Below are positions 1-13,256 of a stretch of DNA of 64,000 bases, in pieces; position 1 is the stretch's first letter, and each line of letters begins with the position of its first letter. Source of the DNA: Dimorphilus gyrociliatus (taxonomy: Eukaryota > Animalia > Annelida); contig CAJFCJ010000018.1 in assembly GCA_904063045.1 (NCBI GenBank), positions 806,001 to 870,000 of the forward strand. The letters run 5' to 3'. Under the pieces are notes generated by a model, which was not told where the DNA came from, ran no database searches, and saw nothing but the letters and a program-made list of their open reading frames with translations. The position numbers and the translations under genes were made by a program.

Positions 1-3000
1 CTTGTAATCTGAATTTGGCGGAATTGGGAAACCGGGAGCAAGATAGAGCTCTCCATCTAACATGTCAGGGTGCATGTATGTTTCCAGATATGTTTTACAT
101 AATCTCCTGTCCCAATCGTCTGTGATATGTCCACCGTACATAATCTCTCCAAAAAGATATCTTAAATCTTCCCACGGAACTTTAGTGTTAGCTTCCAAAT
201 AGTTGTATAAAACGTTTACTGAAATTGTAAGATCTCCAGTGTTGTATGGATACACTCTATTCCATCCTTGAGGACCAAACTTTCTCCTTTCACAAACGAC
301 AGCGTGGAAGTAGCAAAGGGCGAAAAGGATGGCTTTAAATTCTGCTTCTCTCGCGCACATTTCCAGTGTGTCTTGATTGAAGTTATCAAACGCCTTGTGT
401 AGATTGGCGAACATTCCAGTGGGAGGTTCATTTGTAATTTTTATAGCAGACTCTAGGATTCCTTGAGGAATTATGTGAGCATCTTTAGTGGCAGCTGGCT
501 CAGCAGAAATATATACTCTGTAGTTGGCATGAGAGCTTGCACCCAGCTCTTCTAATTTCTTTTCTAATGTTGGGAGCCATTTAGCAACAAGATGGACGTT
601 CTGAAGGATAACCCAATGTCCCTCTTTAGCTCCTTCATCCATTGCTTGCTGAGCAACTATTTCTTGACCTTGACCGAGTGAAATATTGTGGAAATTTTTC
701 TGGTCACTTGTGAAACCCAATTTTTTGCCAAGTGCTTCTACATCCTTTAGGGGATCTACACCAGGAGAAAGAATAAAGAATACTGGAGTGGCTGGATCGG
801 TTTCTTCGTAACTCTTAGCAAAAGGTACACTTTTGCCTTCAGTATATTTCGCACCCATCTTCTCCTCAATGAAATAAGTTATCGCATATGTCATACGATC
901 AGGGCGCAAAGCTCTCATCATGCACAATTTTTGAAGTGCATTCTTGTTTTTCCATTCTTGTGGTAGTTTTTCTTTCTCTGGACATTCACTTTCAACAAAC
1001 TTTTTCCATCTTTTAGCTGATCCTTCAATATCTCTGTCTAGATTTCTAAACTCGTCCATATTTGATAAAGCTTTGATACCTCCCCATGATAGATGAGACA
1101 AGAAGTCAACCGGTGAAGTTACATTTGGTACTGCAGGGAATCTTAATAAAAAGTCTAATTCAATAGGATTTATATCTTTCGTCATTAGCAAAATTTGGAA
1201 AGTCATTTGAGCTAAAAATATAAGTTTATCTTTCTCAAAAAGTCCTCTACTTGTGTAAACAGATACTGCAAAAGTAATTGTATCAATGAGGTTTGCTACT
1301 CGCTGTTTTACTTCATCAGAAGACTCTGCTCTATCAATGGCTTTTTCAAAAACTGTTCCAAAGGCCTTCAAAGAGAATTGATACATTGGAGAAATCTTAT
1401 TTAGATCATTCAAAATGAAGTATAAGAGCGAAGCTCTTGCAGCCGCCGGTCTATACATTTCCCTGGCTGTATTGATTTCAACTTCAGTTATCTTAGCTTG
1501 TTGAACTTGAGCTTCTATTTCAGTAGCTGTTCTCTTAGTAGTTTCTAAGTTTTCCACCAATTCATAATCACCCAAGAAGTTTCCTTCTGCTGTTGATAAT
1601 TTAGCCAGAAGTGAATCTTCGAGGCGTTTGAGCGTAATTTTAAATTCATTTTGCTGTCTTGTGAGATCTGATTTTGTTTTTTCTAGATCAGGACGTTCCT
1701 TACTAACTACAGCAGCCAACAGTTGATCTTCTAATCCATCTCTTGTAACGGTAAAATTGATGAGTGTTGTTTGAGCCTGCATTTCTGGCTTGTAATGAGG
1801 ATTAGCTAATTTAGTATGTAAGATCAGTTTAAATGAGGGATTATATTCCACTTCCTTATCTCCCATTTTTATGGCTCTTCCTTTTTTAATAGTATTTCTT
1901 CCCAATAGAGGGTCAAGTACGGGATCCACATTTTCGCCAATATTTTCTATTAACACTACCTCACCGGCTGAAACAGCTTGTTCTATGACGTCCAGATAAC
2001 CTCTTTGTCCAAGTCTTACTACTTTTAGACCGTCACCGTATTTGTTTTTAATCCAAATAATACCTTGCAATTGAGGATCAATCATTAAGGGCCATCGTTC
2101 AGCAGCTGTAAGAATAGTAGCATTTTCAGTTGACATTCTATCGGAGGGAAGACCTTCATTATTCCAAGTAGCTACAACAGCACCATCAATCAACATTGAG
2201 AGAGGATCCAATTCTATTGAGCTAATGGGGATTGGTGTCTTTAATTCGCCCAAGAAAGGCATCCAATATTTGGTTAAAAGATCTGTTCTGTACTGTTTTG
2301 TAAAGCAGCCAACGTATGACAAAAAGGCTGTTGTAATTAAGACATCTCCTGGTAAAGTTTTCTCTTGCTCTTTAAAGTCACTAACTGATTGCGCCCAACG
2401 AACATTTTCTGAAGCTAAACCTCCGACAAGTCTGTTAGCCAGAGTGATTGTGCGATTTGTTGCATCTGCCTCTTGTTGACACTTAAGCTTTTCAGCTGTA
2501 GCTTTTTCATATTCGGCTGTCAATTTGCCTAAAGCTTCCTCTAGAGATTTAATTTTTGCTTGAATGGTCGCCAATTTGCTCTGAGCTGAGTTCAGTTGTT
2601 CGTTAGCGGCTTCGAGAGCTATACGTTTGGGCTCTACTTCACAGAATACCTTGTAGTATTTCATTACATTAATAACCCATGAGGAAAGTCCAGCTGCAGC
2701 AAGAGATTTGCTCCTGATAAATTCCGGATTGAATTCCTCTTGTTCTAAGTAAGGTGTGACCGCCTTTTGACAGTGTTCAGGAATATTATCTTTATCGTAA
2801 TTTTTCAAACTGTTTAAAAAATCTTCAACTTTGCCCATTTGAACTTTAGCAGCTTTCCAACTTCTATCTTTGGGAACCTTTGGCTGATTATTAGCCAACA
2901 GAACCATAACAGCTGCAGTGACGTTAACAACAGCGGATGGAGGACTACCAAAACTTTTTAATTCAGTCAAATTATTCTTGTTTAAGGTGTCTAAGGCTTC

Positions 3001-6000
3001 TTTGGCAGCTTCCAAGGCAGGTTGAGCTCTTGCTAAATCTTCTTCGCAATCTCTCTGTTTTTTACCAACATCCTCAGCAATTACAGAAACTTTTTGCTCT
3101 TCCTCACTAGCAATAGCTTTTTCCTTTGAAACTTTTTCTGTTTCTGCACCAACAACAGCAATAAGTTTATTAGCAGCTTCGTTCTTTTCTGTGAGTTCAA
3201 CTTCTTGAGCTGCCAATTTTTCTTTCAAGTCGTCAACTTGTGAGGAGGTACTCTTTAATTTTTCTAGACCATTTTCTAAACGCAACATTTTGCCATTTAA
3301 TTCTGTATGTTTTGTTCTAAGCATGTTTTGGTATAAGGCAATTTGTTCCAAGAAAGATTTTGGGGTTGTGTAATTATAGCGCTTCTCGTTTTGTAAATAT
3401 AGACTTGACATTTCATTAACTGAACGATGAACAAAAGCCATAAACTGAGAAATAGAGTCGCACATTTCTTCGTTTAATAGTTCGTTATCAGATAAGAATC
3501 TCTTTGACACAGATATTAAAGCTTGTTCGGGCCATTCGTGGAACCAATCAATAGATGTGCAGTTCGTAACTGCTGGGAACTTTCTTCCTCTAACTCTTAG
3601 GGTACTACCAACGGGTGAGAAGCAAAGAACCACTTTTAGCATCCTTTGGACTCTTTCAATAAAGAATTTCCAACAATTTTCTCTAGTATCTTGTAAACCG
3701 GCACCCTTTACTTCATTTCTTACGCCAGAAATGATATTTTCTATTTCATCATCAGGGAAAAGACCAGGAATTTCACCAGAAGCCAATAGATCGTTAATTA
3801 ATACAAGAAATTTTTCATCTGCAACCTGGGCATCTGTCATTAAAAATACCATTCCAATGCCTTTCAAACCAGCCTTTTGATATAATCCAGCCACATCTAG
3901 TTTAAGATCAGCAATACTGTATCCTTTTCTTAAGGTTATTTGGAAAACTTCTAGAGATGATATGGAAGCTGCCAACCTGGACAGAGACTGCTTACCAGAA
4001 CCACCAACACCGACCAAAAGGGCGTTACCCCTTGGTGATTCAAGGATACGATTAATTCTACAAATGTGCTGAATGGCATCCTCAAAAAGTACCAAATTCA
4101 TAGCGGCATTAATTTCATTATAGGAGTCTAGAGCTTCAGTTAGTAACTTTGTGAGTTCAGGCATTCCTTCAATATGGCTATATTTTGGTTCACCAATACC
4201 TTGAGCAAAATGGCAAAATATTAATGGTTGTTGGAAGGTGGCGGTTTCATCAATATCCTCAAAATTTTTCTTAATCATTTCTTTTTGCAATTTATCAAAA
4301 ACTTCCATGTCTTTATCCTCTATCAATTTATCTCTGTATACTCTTTGACTTTCGTGCATCCATAATCGAATTAAGTCTGTAGTAGTTTTTATACTTTCTG
4401 GTAAGGAGAATAGCATTCCTTGAAATATATTAGATAAGTCTCTTAAATTGAATATATAATGGAATTTTATTGCAGTTGGTAAGAATGTTGATGTAATTTT
4501 CGAGTGGAGGTTTAGAGCACTATTTACCAATTGTGAAGAGATCTTTTGAACAACCTGAGGGAATCCTTGTGAAAGATGCTGAGAAAGAATACTATTATAG
4601 ATTGTATGTAAGGCATCTTGACCAGGGAAAGAGATGGCAAAAACTGAGAAATGACGTTGTAAACGAGTGTTGATCGTAAATGAACCGGCCGTAGGATTCA
4701 TACATGATACATATTGAGTGTTGTGGATTTCTTTTAGAGCTAACTTAGTTCTATCATACCAGTGAGAGTAATCCAAATGTTGCCTTATCAAAGTATGTGG
4801 TTGCACAGTAAAGTACTTATCTACTTCGGGCATATTCATATCGTCAATAAAATAGATGAGTTTCTTGGTTCCTGGTGGTCCGTAGTTTCTTCCGGCCTTC
4901 TTTTCTAATGGTTTCTCTAAAACTTGTTGAAGCATCTCTGAAGTTGTGTAAAAGTTAAAGGGAACGTTTGCAATCAAGTAATCTTCTGGCAAGTTATTCA
5001 GTTTGTCTTGCATAAGTACAGTTTTGCCGGTACCGGCATTACCAACTAACATTACTGGTCTTCCTCTGGCCACAAGCATGTCCAGGAAGAAGCGAATTCT
5101 AGTTGTTTCGGCAGTGTGAACTAAAGCCGCTTGTAGAGGTATATCAGGGTCCAATTCGAATTTTTCTACTCTCTTTGTCCATAATTCGAACTTGTGTGTT
5201 TCCTTATCTATGAAATAATCAAACACTGTACCTTGAGACGGGAATTTGACAGTCTTAAATTCTGTTGTCCACCACTTAGTAAATTCTACTCGGTAATCGA
5301 CCAATTGATCTTGGAACATAGCACCTCCAAAAGCCCAAACGCAACAGAAAACGAAGTATAATTCGTATAAATCTTTCGGGCAATCTGGTGGTGTATTTTC
5401 AGGAGTAAGCAAGCATTCCAAGAGATAACAAAGCATTTGTAAGTGAGATATCTCAGCAATAGGTGTAATTTTTTTGAAGCGATTTCTCAAAGTATCAAGA
5501 CAGGGAGGTACATATTTGTCGAAGAGAATAGTTAAGTTTGCTCTTTCCGATTGAACTTCTCTAGTATCTATCCAAGAAGATACAAATGGATTCCAGCCCA
5601 AATCAGCAGGATTGATGTACAAAATACCGGCTCTAGAAACGGTAGCTGGTGTTGCAGTTTTTAAATGAGAAATTTCAAAAAGCAATCTCATTGATGGGGT
5701 TAGAGGAATTCGTTCATTTGAAGCTAATGTTAAAATTTTGTTATCATCCATGACAGTATTCAAAGATTCAATCCACATAGGATCAATATCTCCATCGAGA
5801 ACAATCCATTTCGGGCCGTCTCCTGACAAGTTAGCTAAATCTCTCATGATTGTTGAGAAGAGACCGTCTTTCCATTCTCTGGTCGATGGATTAATGATAC
5901 CAAAAAGTTCATCATTGGTTACGGCTTTTGGATTTAAATCTTGAACCACCGGCTTCTTTTTCATATTTTGATTTGCTTTGTACAAACTTTTCCATACCAT

Positions 6001-9000
6001 ACTTTTTCCAGTTCCTGCATTACCAATAACAAATACACTGTGACGTACTTCAAAGAGTTCTTGCAATTGGACAACTTTCAATATAAAGCTCTCTTCCGGT
6101 TGTAATTTCATTTGTACAATAGCTTTTTTTACTTCTTTTTCCAAATCTGGGTTTCTCTTTCTTGGAACATCAAGAGCAGGGAAAAGATCTCCAATGAGCC
6201 CCATGAAAACTGGAAGATCGTCAGTAACAATCTTCGGGATATTGAAATCTCTCAGAGCTCTCATTAGCACCTGTTGAATTTATTATAATGATTACTAAAT
6301 GGTAATAATGTAAAACAAATAGTGAAGATAAGGATGCTAGATGATTTAATTGAACTTAACATTTAATGTTTTTACTATTTTTTGTTTACATTGTGTTTGG
6401 TAAAGGATGACAACAACAAATATTTAAGTAATATCTATAAACAATATAATAGTGAAGGTAATGATTAATGGTTTTCGAGGGAAAATTTTTAATCAATGTA
6501 ATAGGTCCGCATAAGTGAATAAATACCGAATCCTCAGGCTGTTTAAGTTTTATATTAAAATCAAGAAGAAAATATTTTGAAAAGTAGAATAATACACGCT
6601 GTACGAACAATATATTTAAAAGATATATTTTTGATTTACTGACCTGATCTTCTGGTCGTTCTGGATCTCCTCTCTTCAATGAACCAGCAACTACCAATAC
6701 AGACTTGATAGCTCTCAAACCCCAATCATAGTGATCCTGGAAGGTAATACAATTATAATTTTTGCATATTTAAAACACACAATAATATTCTTACTTGTTT
6801 GGAGAGTAATTCTTTACAAAGCGTGTAGAGGGTGATAAATTTCCTGGCAAGTAATCTGGCTTCTAAGAAACCTTCCGCAACCAACATGATTTCGCAAATT
6901 AACTCAAAATCAGGAACAACCATAGCGCAGGGTCTAAACAAAGCTTTTAGATTTTCAGGCAGCTCTGTTCTACCAGCATAACCTGGATTCATTGTGATAA
7001 AGATACCCACAGTTGGATTGAGATTGATTTCTTCACCGAGGAAGTTGAATCTTTTCTTCTTGTCTCTAATAGCATCCTGGATACATTTCACCTGGACTGC
7101 GACTACAGACAATACTTCAACTGAAATTCTGTTGAATTCGTCAAAACATCCCCAAGCTCCTGATTGAGCCAGACCTTTGTAGATGTTACCGATGGATTTA
7201 TAATCCATCTGTTCTGAGCAATTGAAAACGTACACCATGATTCCAAGGGCTCTACCTAAATCCTTCGTTGTTTCTGTTTTACCAGTTCCTGCTGGCCCAG
7301 CTGGAGCACCACTCATAGTTAAATGAAGAGATTGTGTCAAAGTAATGTAGCATCTATCAGTCAAAGGTGTGATAACTAAACGAGGTGTATTTCCAAGGTA
7401 CTCGTGTGAATACTTAAACTGAGCATCGCAAATGTTCGCAAAGCAATCTCTCTCTTTATCATCCCATCTGTGTCTTAGTTGACTAAGCCACATGAAAGCC
7501 TGAGAACTGTCTACTTTGTTTGTTATCATTTTGGCAACAACATCTCTGGCATGTACGTCAATAGTACAAATTGTCATAATTTTTTGTCTTTCACCTTTCG
7601 AGAGTTGACCAATTAACATACTGATCAAAAGGTTCAATTGCTGAACTTGTTTTTTGTTGTAGTCTTTTAGAGCATTCTCGTAACCTTCTTCCAAGCGGCC
7701 AAAAGCTATATTAACTTCAGTTGTCCACCAGATTTGTGTAACACATAGTGCGACTTGTGCAGGGTAATCAAACAACCAGCTTTCCCTGGGCTTTTCTTCG
7801 TATGCACTCTGAGCTTCAGTCATTTCGTGCCTGACAGTTTCGCATTGAGCATCTAGTAGTTTGTTCAACCAAACTTCTACTTGACCAGTACATTCACATG
7901 GATTTGCCAAATCAACATACTCTCCATCTTTGCTGTACATAGCCAAAGCATTTTTGGTTGCATTACCCTCAGCATCCTCTTCAAACTTGAGTTGAGCCAT
8001 AGAATCAAACAATTTGGTCAAATGACGACTTACAGCAACTGGATTGTTGCCATTTGATAAAATGTCGAGTAAATCGGCAGAAGACACAAAATAAAATCTT
8101 GGGAAAGCTAGACGCTTGGTTTCTAAATATTCAGCCAAAGCTTTTTCACATAGAACTAACTCAGATTGAATGGCTTCAAGGCGTTCGTACAGTCTTGGCT
8201 TATTAGTTGCTTCTACGACATTAGTTGTGCCTTCAACCTCTACTATAAGTTCCTTAAAGTCAGAATCAATGCCATCGAACCTCTTAGAATCTTCAGGCAA
8301 TTGAGATCGAATATCTTCTGAACCAATAAAGATACTTTCAAGATGAGACCATGTTCTTTGAACTTCAAACCAAATTGAAATGACTTGATCAGCGGTAGAT
8401 AGTTTCTTTTGCCAGGAAGATACTTCTTCCAAAAAGTATGCAATAAATTTTGAAGTTAGCATATTTTGTAGTTGAACTTGGTTGTCTTCTAAAGTTTCGA
8501 TTAATTCTTCACTGGCCTTCAACAAAGTAACGCCAGTTCTTTGATGCTTTTCGTGTTCAAATTCCATAACTGCCCATGTCTGACGAAGCTCTTTAAGAAC
8601 CTTCTCCATTGACATTTCTTTGACTGCTTTATCTACGATGTTTCTAACCTCATCCTCGAATTCGTGAAGGTTTAGAGATAGTAGATCTGATAGAGTTGTA
8701 TTCTCATCCATTTGAAATTTAACTCCTGTAGCTTGCATCAATTGCTGCCAATGTCTATCACGTATAGCAGGATTCTGAAGGTCAGAAACTGCCCTTAGAG
8801 ATGTAAGCATATTCTTAACTGTGCCTTCTACGCCTGTATAGGTATCCCATGCTCTCATTTCTTTGTCTAAACTTCTAATGTCTTTGGCAAATTTCTTACA
8901 ATCCATGTCCATCTGTTCAACATTGATATCTAACCATGGTGTTGTTTTCCAGTCTTCTATTGAAGAACGAACAACAAATACATAATCCCATAATGTTTTT

Positions 9001-12000
9001 AACATAACAAGTTCTTTTCTGCACATCTTCAACTGCTTGTAATCTGGTACGTTGACTTCGAATAAACTGGCTGATTCACATAGTGCAGCCATATCTTTTT
9101 CCAACTCATGAACAGCTAGATGCATCTGGTCAATTTGTTCATATGGGTCTTCACAGGTATACCAGAATGGAGGAAATTTACGAAACGTCTCACGGAATTT
9201 ATGTTGATTAACGTCGAATTCTCCAGCTTTTCTTCTGATATTGGCAACTTCATTAGCTTGTAATGGAGCAACTTGTTGTTTAATAGTAATAGCAGATTTT
9301 TTGGTATTATTCCAGAGTTCTGGAAGTTCTTGCAATTGTTGATAAACTTCATCTGACATTTCTTGGTCATACTGCTTTAATAATTCAATAGTGTGCTTCA
9401 ACGGTTCAAACATATCATCAGTAGCTGCTTGTCTTTCTTTAACAGCCATAAGATGACCCATGCAAGTAACTAGGCCATTATAGTCGCCCTCTTCTACAGG
9501 CTGAGCAAGTCCGTGATCAACGTGCTTGATAAATTCGGATAAGTCTCTCAAACTGTTTGTAACATGATCATTGAGGTGTTGTTTGAACATGAGACTCCAT
9601 CTCTTTATGATATTCAATAAGGCATTTTTGAACGGCTTGGCGTCTATGCGGAACCATTTGTCAATAATGGACGAGCTATCTATAGCTTCCACTTCATCAT
9701 AAATTTTTTCATAAGTGTCAATTTGTTCTTTATACTGATCTAAAGTTGGAGGACACTCTGGAACACCTTCTTCAGCATGCGCTTCAATTTCCTCTGTTGT
9801 TAATACATGGTTGTAAAGTAGAAATTGTCTCATGAATTCTTGTCTGTCGTCAACCCATAGATAAGCATAGTTGTCAAATGAATTTCTATAATCTCCAGCT
9901 TTGGTCATCATGTTTTGGACCCTCTCCATCAAATCATTACGCATATCTGATAATTGTTCCATATCTTCTAAATCTGATTGGTAGTTTTCATGTCCTGAGT
10001 GTTCGGCCAATCTGTTAATAAGTGAGGATTGTTTATAAATATCTCCCACTAAAGAGTCAACCAAATCGTAGAAACCATCGGCAACACCGTAATCCAAAGA
10101 TGGTTTGAAGACCATTTCCAGAACTTGCAGTTCCATCTGGGCTTCGAAGAGGATAGTGATTTCTTTGGCGAAATCGGTGTTTCCAAGGAAAAAGTCCAAG
10201 GAGCACTGGATTGTATGGAAAAATCCATCGACAATCATCTCATCGACATAATCGACGTATGCCTTCCATGTATCTGAACTTTCTTCGGCTTGTAAAAGTT
10301 CCATATTCTTCTTGAGGAGTTCATGAATTTTTTCCCCAGTATCTTTTATTTCAGTATAGCGTTTGTTTAATTTTTCTTCTCTATCGTCAAGTTGAAGGAG
10401 AGATTCATTCTTGCCTTCCTTTCTCTCAAACAATGGTATCTTTGACCAAGTTGCCATCATCTTTTGGATTTTCTCAACATTATCTTTTGACTGCTGAACT
10501 CGTGATTCTAAATCATGAACTTTGTCTCTTGTATCATTAATATAGTCCCAGGCATTCTCACTATTCCAAGTTAGATCTTTCTCAGCCTTCTCTAACAATT
10601 CATCGAGCGAACTCAACTGACTCTCGATTAAGGGAAATTCAACTTCTAGAGTGGTAGTACGAACTTTATTGTACCATTTAATTATGAGATCAATATTATT
10701 GACATATTGCCAGAAATTGTCATTTCTTTCATATAATTTTCCTGCGCTTTCTGGAATTTCAACAGGTTCTTCTCCGTCCTTTGCTTGCAAGTATTTGACT
10801 TCTCTAAGTACAGCAACCAGTTGAGGGTCAAAGTTCAAGCTGATTAAGTTAGTGTCTCCATCACGAGTAATAAGAGGTAGATCAAGATTGAATGAGCAAG
10901 CCTCATCAACTCCAGCCTTCCATTCCTCGTACAGCTTCACTTCAAACTCACCCAAAAGCTTCATCATCAAATCATAATGATCAAAGACTGCTTTTGCTTC
11001 TTCACTTTCCATGCATCTATGTTCTAGCATTCTGAAGTTTGTCATGGGCGTTGAGATTCTTTCTCTGAGTTCTTGTGTCCATCTTAAACCTCCAGATATG
11101 TTGGCCATGTTCTTATGAATGGGTAGTCTACCTGTCTCCTCTTTAATTTTAATATGTTCATCATATATAGTTTTTGTATCTTGAATACAGGTTTCCATCA
11201 TGGTAACAATTATTGGATATTTGTCATTGAAATCTTCCTTAACTAAAGGCCTGTCTAGGAGACTACCAAAAATGTCCAAAAGTTTAAAAACAGCTTCCAA
11301 ACCGGAACAGTCTTCGAAAGCTTGACAAAGAATTGATGCCAAACGTCTATCTAAATCCGCAATACGACTTTCAAATTTTTCATAATCTTTCAAGAATTCA
11401 CAACTTTGAGGATCAAAAGCATTGTATGTACTCTCTTGGAAAATTTTAAAGAGATCATTGAATTCATCAAAAATCTGTACTACTTGTGAGCTAAGCATCT
11501 TCCCCTTTATACCTCCTATTTCAATTTTTTCCAACTTGATGAACTCCATTGCAGTTTCCATTAATTTATGAACGGTTTCTACCCTTTCTGAAAATTTGTT
11601 GTATCTATGGAAGACTAAAGGTGAAGCGAACTGCCATTCTATTGGTTCCGAACCATCTTTAAAGTACTCAGGCAATTTGGATTTATGTTCTTCATAGCTG
11701 TGTTTAAAAAATGCTAACAGATCCAATGCTTCTTTGACCTTTACTATGGTCTCTTCTACTTCACCTTTGAAAATTTCCGTAGGTTCAAGGAAAGTGCATG
11801 TTAAATCTATCAGCATATTGCAAATTTCTTGTAATAATACAACTATTCTGACTGGCTTGTTGTAATGTTTTGAATTCGCCCATACCAGACAGATGACGTG
11901 AAGTAATGGTGGTATCATATTTTTAAGATTTTCGTAGTCCGCCTGTTCCATATCTTCGAAATGATTCCTCAATGGTTTTAAATATAAATTTATATCCTGA

Positions 12001-12851
12001 GCTTCTTGTAAAGATGCCGTTACATCTCTGAACATATCTTTGAAAGCTGGAAAGTAGCTGCTATCAGTTTTCTCCAACAAATTAGCCATCTTTCGAACTT
12101 TTGGGTCACGTAATTGCTCAAATATGCATTCAAGGTTTTGAGCTTTTACTTTCCAAAACTCAATTTCAACCTTAGGACCAGGATTAAGACCTTCGAGGAG
12201 AGGCTGTGAACTGTCCTTTTTCAGAACGTCTCGTATTTGATGAGACCAGTCGATTACGACTGATTCAATTGCATGTACTACTGATCGATCATAGCTCTCT
12301 TCGTCACCTTCTTCTGTATCTTCGATTTTCTCTGAACCTACTGGAAGAGGGAGAAGTGTTTTACCTTGAACCTGACCGGACACGACATGAACCCAGCTTT
12401 TAAGGTTGTGAACGTGACGAAGAATGTCTTGGGAAACAACTTGAGGCCATTGTTTGTGATTCTTTTCGTTTGATAGCAAGGGAAATAAAACTTCATCAAC
12501 AAAGGCTGACAATTGTTCCATAGGAGAAGACAAATCACCATAAAGAGTTACAGTTCTGATAGGAGAATCTTTGTTGATAGCTTCTCTGTTTTTCTTTACA
12601 AAGTAGCAGGCTTTCATCTTTAGCTGAGCTGGCCAATCCAACTGTGCTTGCAAAGCTCCTCCAGGAGTAGCTGCTATGACTAGAGTTTGCAAGTCCGGCT
12701 TCTCGAAAAAGTCCATAAAAATTTGCTTGTTCTCTTCGGCATTCCATAATTTGGCGAATTTATCAGGTTTAAATTTTAAAGTTTTCAGAACATAGTCTCC
12801 TATGAATTCTACTCGTGCATCCCCGATCTCAAGATCGGCAACGAGCGACAT
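1..12851 (-). CDS. DNAH17: Axonemal outer-arm dynein beta heavy chain (DNAH9/11/17 group); 3' end lies beyond the left edge. Exons 12851-6795, 6736-6644, 6270-<1
   Basis: 2032-aa ORF with dynein tail and AAA1 P-loop [12 protein letters not shown] introns 6794-6737 and 6643-6271 join ELLSKQ|DHYDWGLR...PEDQ|VLMRALRDF. The downstream exon stays open to the edge and contains GNAGTGKS (AAA2), GNAGTGKT (AAA3), GVGGSGKQ (AAA4), stalk and AAA5/6. Exact paralog assignment is uncertain. Confidence 0.95.
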
Positions 12852-13256
12852 TTTAGCCTTTATTTAATGCTCTTCGAAAACTATACTCGGAGTTTCAAAC
12901 TAAAAATGTCTTTTGGAACTGTTTTGTTAGTGTCGCCGCTTAGCAACGGTTGCTCTGTTTTTATGCGCATGCGCAAAAAGAATTTTTGTCGAAAGCGATT
13001 TCTTTTATTTCAGACTCCTATCAGTATTTCCTTTCCGGTATGCATGCCACGCATGCGTGAGACGGTATCCAAAGAAAAATACAAAATTTTTGGAATTCTA
13101 AGGGATCATTATTTTCGAAGGCTTAACCCTTATTAATTTCTCACATCTTCCGAAGACCTTGACAATTTATATGTAACGCTTAATATTCAATAATAGCATT
13201 GATATCTAAAGGAAAAATTTTGGAAATCGATTTTTAAAGTATTAAGCCATGTAAAA
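12852..13256. promoter_or_regulatory. Bidirectional promoter of dynein and ARMC2, with NRF1 palindrome and RFX-like half-sites
   Basis: Head-to-head start codons about 405 bp apart. TGCGCATGCGCA at 12964-12975 (NRF1 consensus), CACGCATGCGTG at 13048-13059, GTCGCC-N4-AGCAAC at 12932-12947 and AGCAAC-G-GTTGCT at 12942-12954. Confidence 0.6.

Noticed and set aside
6386-6718. 110-aa minus-strand ORF
   Set aside because: It is the 93-nt dynein exon read on into the AT-rich intron past the cag|gtcagt donor.
216-12747. Short ORFs overlapping dynein (216-431, 2225-2479, 3557-3880, 5738-5944, 8243-8443, 9116-9370, 10049-10234, 12206-12403, 12338-12541, 12535-12747)
   Set aside because: Antisense or alternate-frame shadows of a long CDS, with no independent motifs.
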